Below are positions 18,851 to 20,136 of a stretch of 20,136 bases of DNA, piece by piece. Source of the stretch: Elusimicrobiota bacterium. Lineage in GTDB: Bacteria; Elusimicrobiota; Elusimicrobia; UBA1565. A model generated the notes under the pieces. It was not told where the DNA came from and did not search any database. It worked only from the letters and a program-made list of their open reading frames with translations. Where the stretch lies: positions 1 through 20,136 of the forward strand of contig JBDRPD010000047.1 in the NCBI GenBank assembly GCA_043827405.1, written 5' to 3'. Each line of letters opens with the position of its first letter. The stretch's first letter is position 1. The position numbers and the translations under genes were made by a program.

Positions 18851-19492
18851 CTAAAGCTTCTCCACCTGCAGGAAGTCGAGTTCGACGGGCGTCGGTCGTC
18901 CGAATATGGTGACCATCGCCTTGAGCTTGGCCTTGGGCTCATTGACGTCTTCCACGATGCCGATAAAGTGCCGGAAGGGCCCCTCGGTGATGCGGATGTT
19001 TTCGCCTTTCTCGAACTGCACCGCGGGCTTCGGCTTGGAGCCGGCGGACTCGGTGGTGAGCTCGAGAATCTGCTCGATTTCCGACTCGGGGAGCGTCCGC
19101 GGATCGGGCTCGCCGAGGAACCCCGTCGCGCCCGAGATGCCTTTGACCACCCAGTAAGTCTCGTTGTCGACGACCATGTCGATCAGGATGTATCCGGGGA
19201 AGAACTTGCGCTTCTTTACCCGCTTCTTGGATTTCTTGACCTCGACGACGTTCTCGGTAGGGATCAGGATTTTGAAAATCTTATGCTCCAGCTTGAGCGT
19301 CTTTATTTTAAGCTCGAGGTGCTGGCGGACTTTGTCCTCCCAGCCCGACTGGGCGTGGACGACGTACCAGCCGCGCTTGCCGCCGGCGATCTGCTTTTCC
19401 GCGGGGGCCTCCGGGGCGGCGGGAGTTTCCGCTTCCGGCGGAGTCTGTACGGCCTGGTCTTCGACCGGAGTTTCGTTCTTCGTGTCTTCCAT
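18851..19492 (-). CDS. nusG: Transcription termination/antitermination factor NusG
   Basis: WYVVHAQSGWE, KFFPGYIL, KOW motif IRITEGPF...G, TIFGRPTPVELDFLQVEK; start moved to ATG 19492 to avoid overlap with secE. Confidence 0.97.
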   Translation of the reverse strand: MEDTKNETPVEDQAVQTPPEAETPAAPEAPAEKQIAGGKRGWYVVHAQSGWEDKVRQHLELKIKTLKLEHKIFKILIPTENVVEVKKSKKRVKKRKFFPGYILIDMVVDNETYWVVKGISGATGFLGEPDPRTLPESEIEQILELTTESAGSKPKPAVQFEKGENIRITEGPFRHFIGIVEDVNEPKAKLKAMVTIFGRPTPVELDFLQVEKL

Positions 19493-19509
19493 TAAAGTAT
19501 CCGTGCGGC

Positions 19510-19704
19510 TTAGTTGCCCAGAAGCAATCGCATGAACAGGGATAGGGCGTAGTCGACCGTGCTGATGTACACCGCGACCAGGCCGACGATGACCAGTACG
19601 ACGATCGTCGAGCCGAATGCCTGCTGGCGGCTCAGCCAAGTGGACTTTTTCAGCTCGATAAACGCTTCGTTGACGAACTTCGCTGGGTTGGGAAAGTCTG
19701 CCAT
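19510..19704 (-). CDS. secE: Preprotein translocase subunit SecE
   Basis: ELKKSTWLSR (cf. ELKKVTWP) plus a single TM helix; canonical position between tRNA-Trp and nusG. Confidence 0.93.
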   Translation of the reverse strand: MADFPNPAKFVNEAFIELKKSTWLSRQQAFGSTIVVLVIVGLVAVYISTVDYALSLFMRLLLGN

Positions 19705-19737
19705 CCTATATTCCTGTTGCGCGGCGATAAAAAAATT

Positions 19738-19809
19738 CGGGGGCGCCAGGATTCGAACCTGGAGTCCCGGTTTTGGAGACCGGTGGTTTAGCCATTAACC
19801 GACGCCCCC
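19738..19809 (-). tRNA. tRNA-Trp (anticodon CCA), 3' CCA end not encoded
   Basis: Acceptor GGGGGCG/CGCCCCC, D stem GGTT/AACC, anticodon arm CCGGT-CTCCAAA-ACCGG, T arm CCAGG-TTCGAAT-CCTGG, discriminator G. Confidence 0.97.
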
Positions 19810-19837
19810 TAAAACGGCGGCCCGTTCGACCGTGGTG

Positions 19838-19990
19838 CTACTTCGTTTCCTTATGGGGTGTCTGCTTCCTGCACTTGGAGCAGAATTTCTTGAGCTCCAG
19901 CTTGTACTGCATTTTTTTGACGTGAGAGAAATAATAGTTCTTGCTCTTACATCCAGTGCAGGAAAGCGTTGTAATGTGCCTATCAGCCAT
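19838..19990 (-). CDS. rpmG: 50S ribosomal protein L33, zinc-binding (C+) form
   Basis: Translated by hand: MADRHITTLSCTGCKSKNYYFSHVKKMQYKLELKKFCSKCRKQTPHKETK (50 aa); GGAG SD; lies between tuf and tRNA-Trp. Confidence 0.95.
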   Translation of the reverse strand: MADRHITTLSCTGCKSKNYYFSHVKKMQYKLELKKFCSKCRKQTPHKETK

Positions 19991-20003
19991 CCGCTACTCC
20001 AAA

Positions 20004-20136
20004 TCAGTCGGTAATCTCGCCGACTACGCCGGCGCCCACAGTATGCCCGCCCTCGCGGATCGCGAAGCGCAGTCCCTGCTCCATCGCGATCGGCGTGATC
20101 AGCTCCACCGTGAACTCCGTGCTGTCGCCGGGCATC
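20004..20136 (-). CDS. tuf: Elongation factor Tu, C-terminal fragment
   Basis: [43 protein letters not shown] then TGA. Confidence 0.97.
   Translation of the reverse strand, partial: MPGDSTEFTVELITPIAMEQGLRFAIREGGHTVGAGVVGEITD

Overview
GC-rich bacterial core-genome window; the style of the hypothetical proteins weakly suggests Elusimicrobiota, which the sequence alone cannot confirm. Left to right: (i) a minus-strand, translationally coupled threonine operon hom-thrC-thrB-lysC (lysC runs off the edge and has a likely internal beta-subunit start); (ii) a 49-bp divergent intergenic region with back-to-back extended -10 elements; (iii) an overlapping plus-strand operon secA-lnt-class IV-like deacetylase-prfB, where prfB lacks the programmed +1 frameshift; (iv) accessory envelope genes: a zinc-ribbon/tandem-repeat single-pass membrane protein, a GT-C-like glycosyltransferase and a divergent Spy/CpxP-like protein; (v) the minus-strand cluster tuf-rpmG-tRNA-Trp-secE-nusG-[small membrane protein]-rplK-rplA, followed by a K+-dependent membrane pyrophosphatase (hppA) and a strong terminator instead of rplJ-rplL-rpoBC. 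The most notable non-coding signal is a pair of near-identical structured RNA elements directly upstream of the ribosome-binding sites of rplK and rplA; they have L1-operator geometry with the outer-helix base pairs flipped. No mobile element or CRISPR array was seen.
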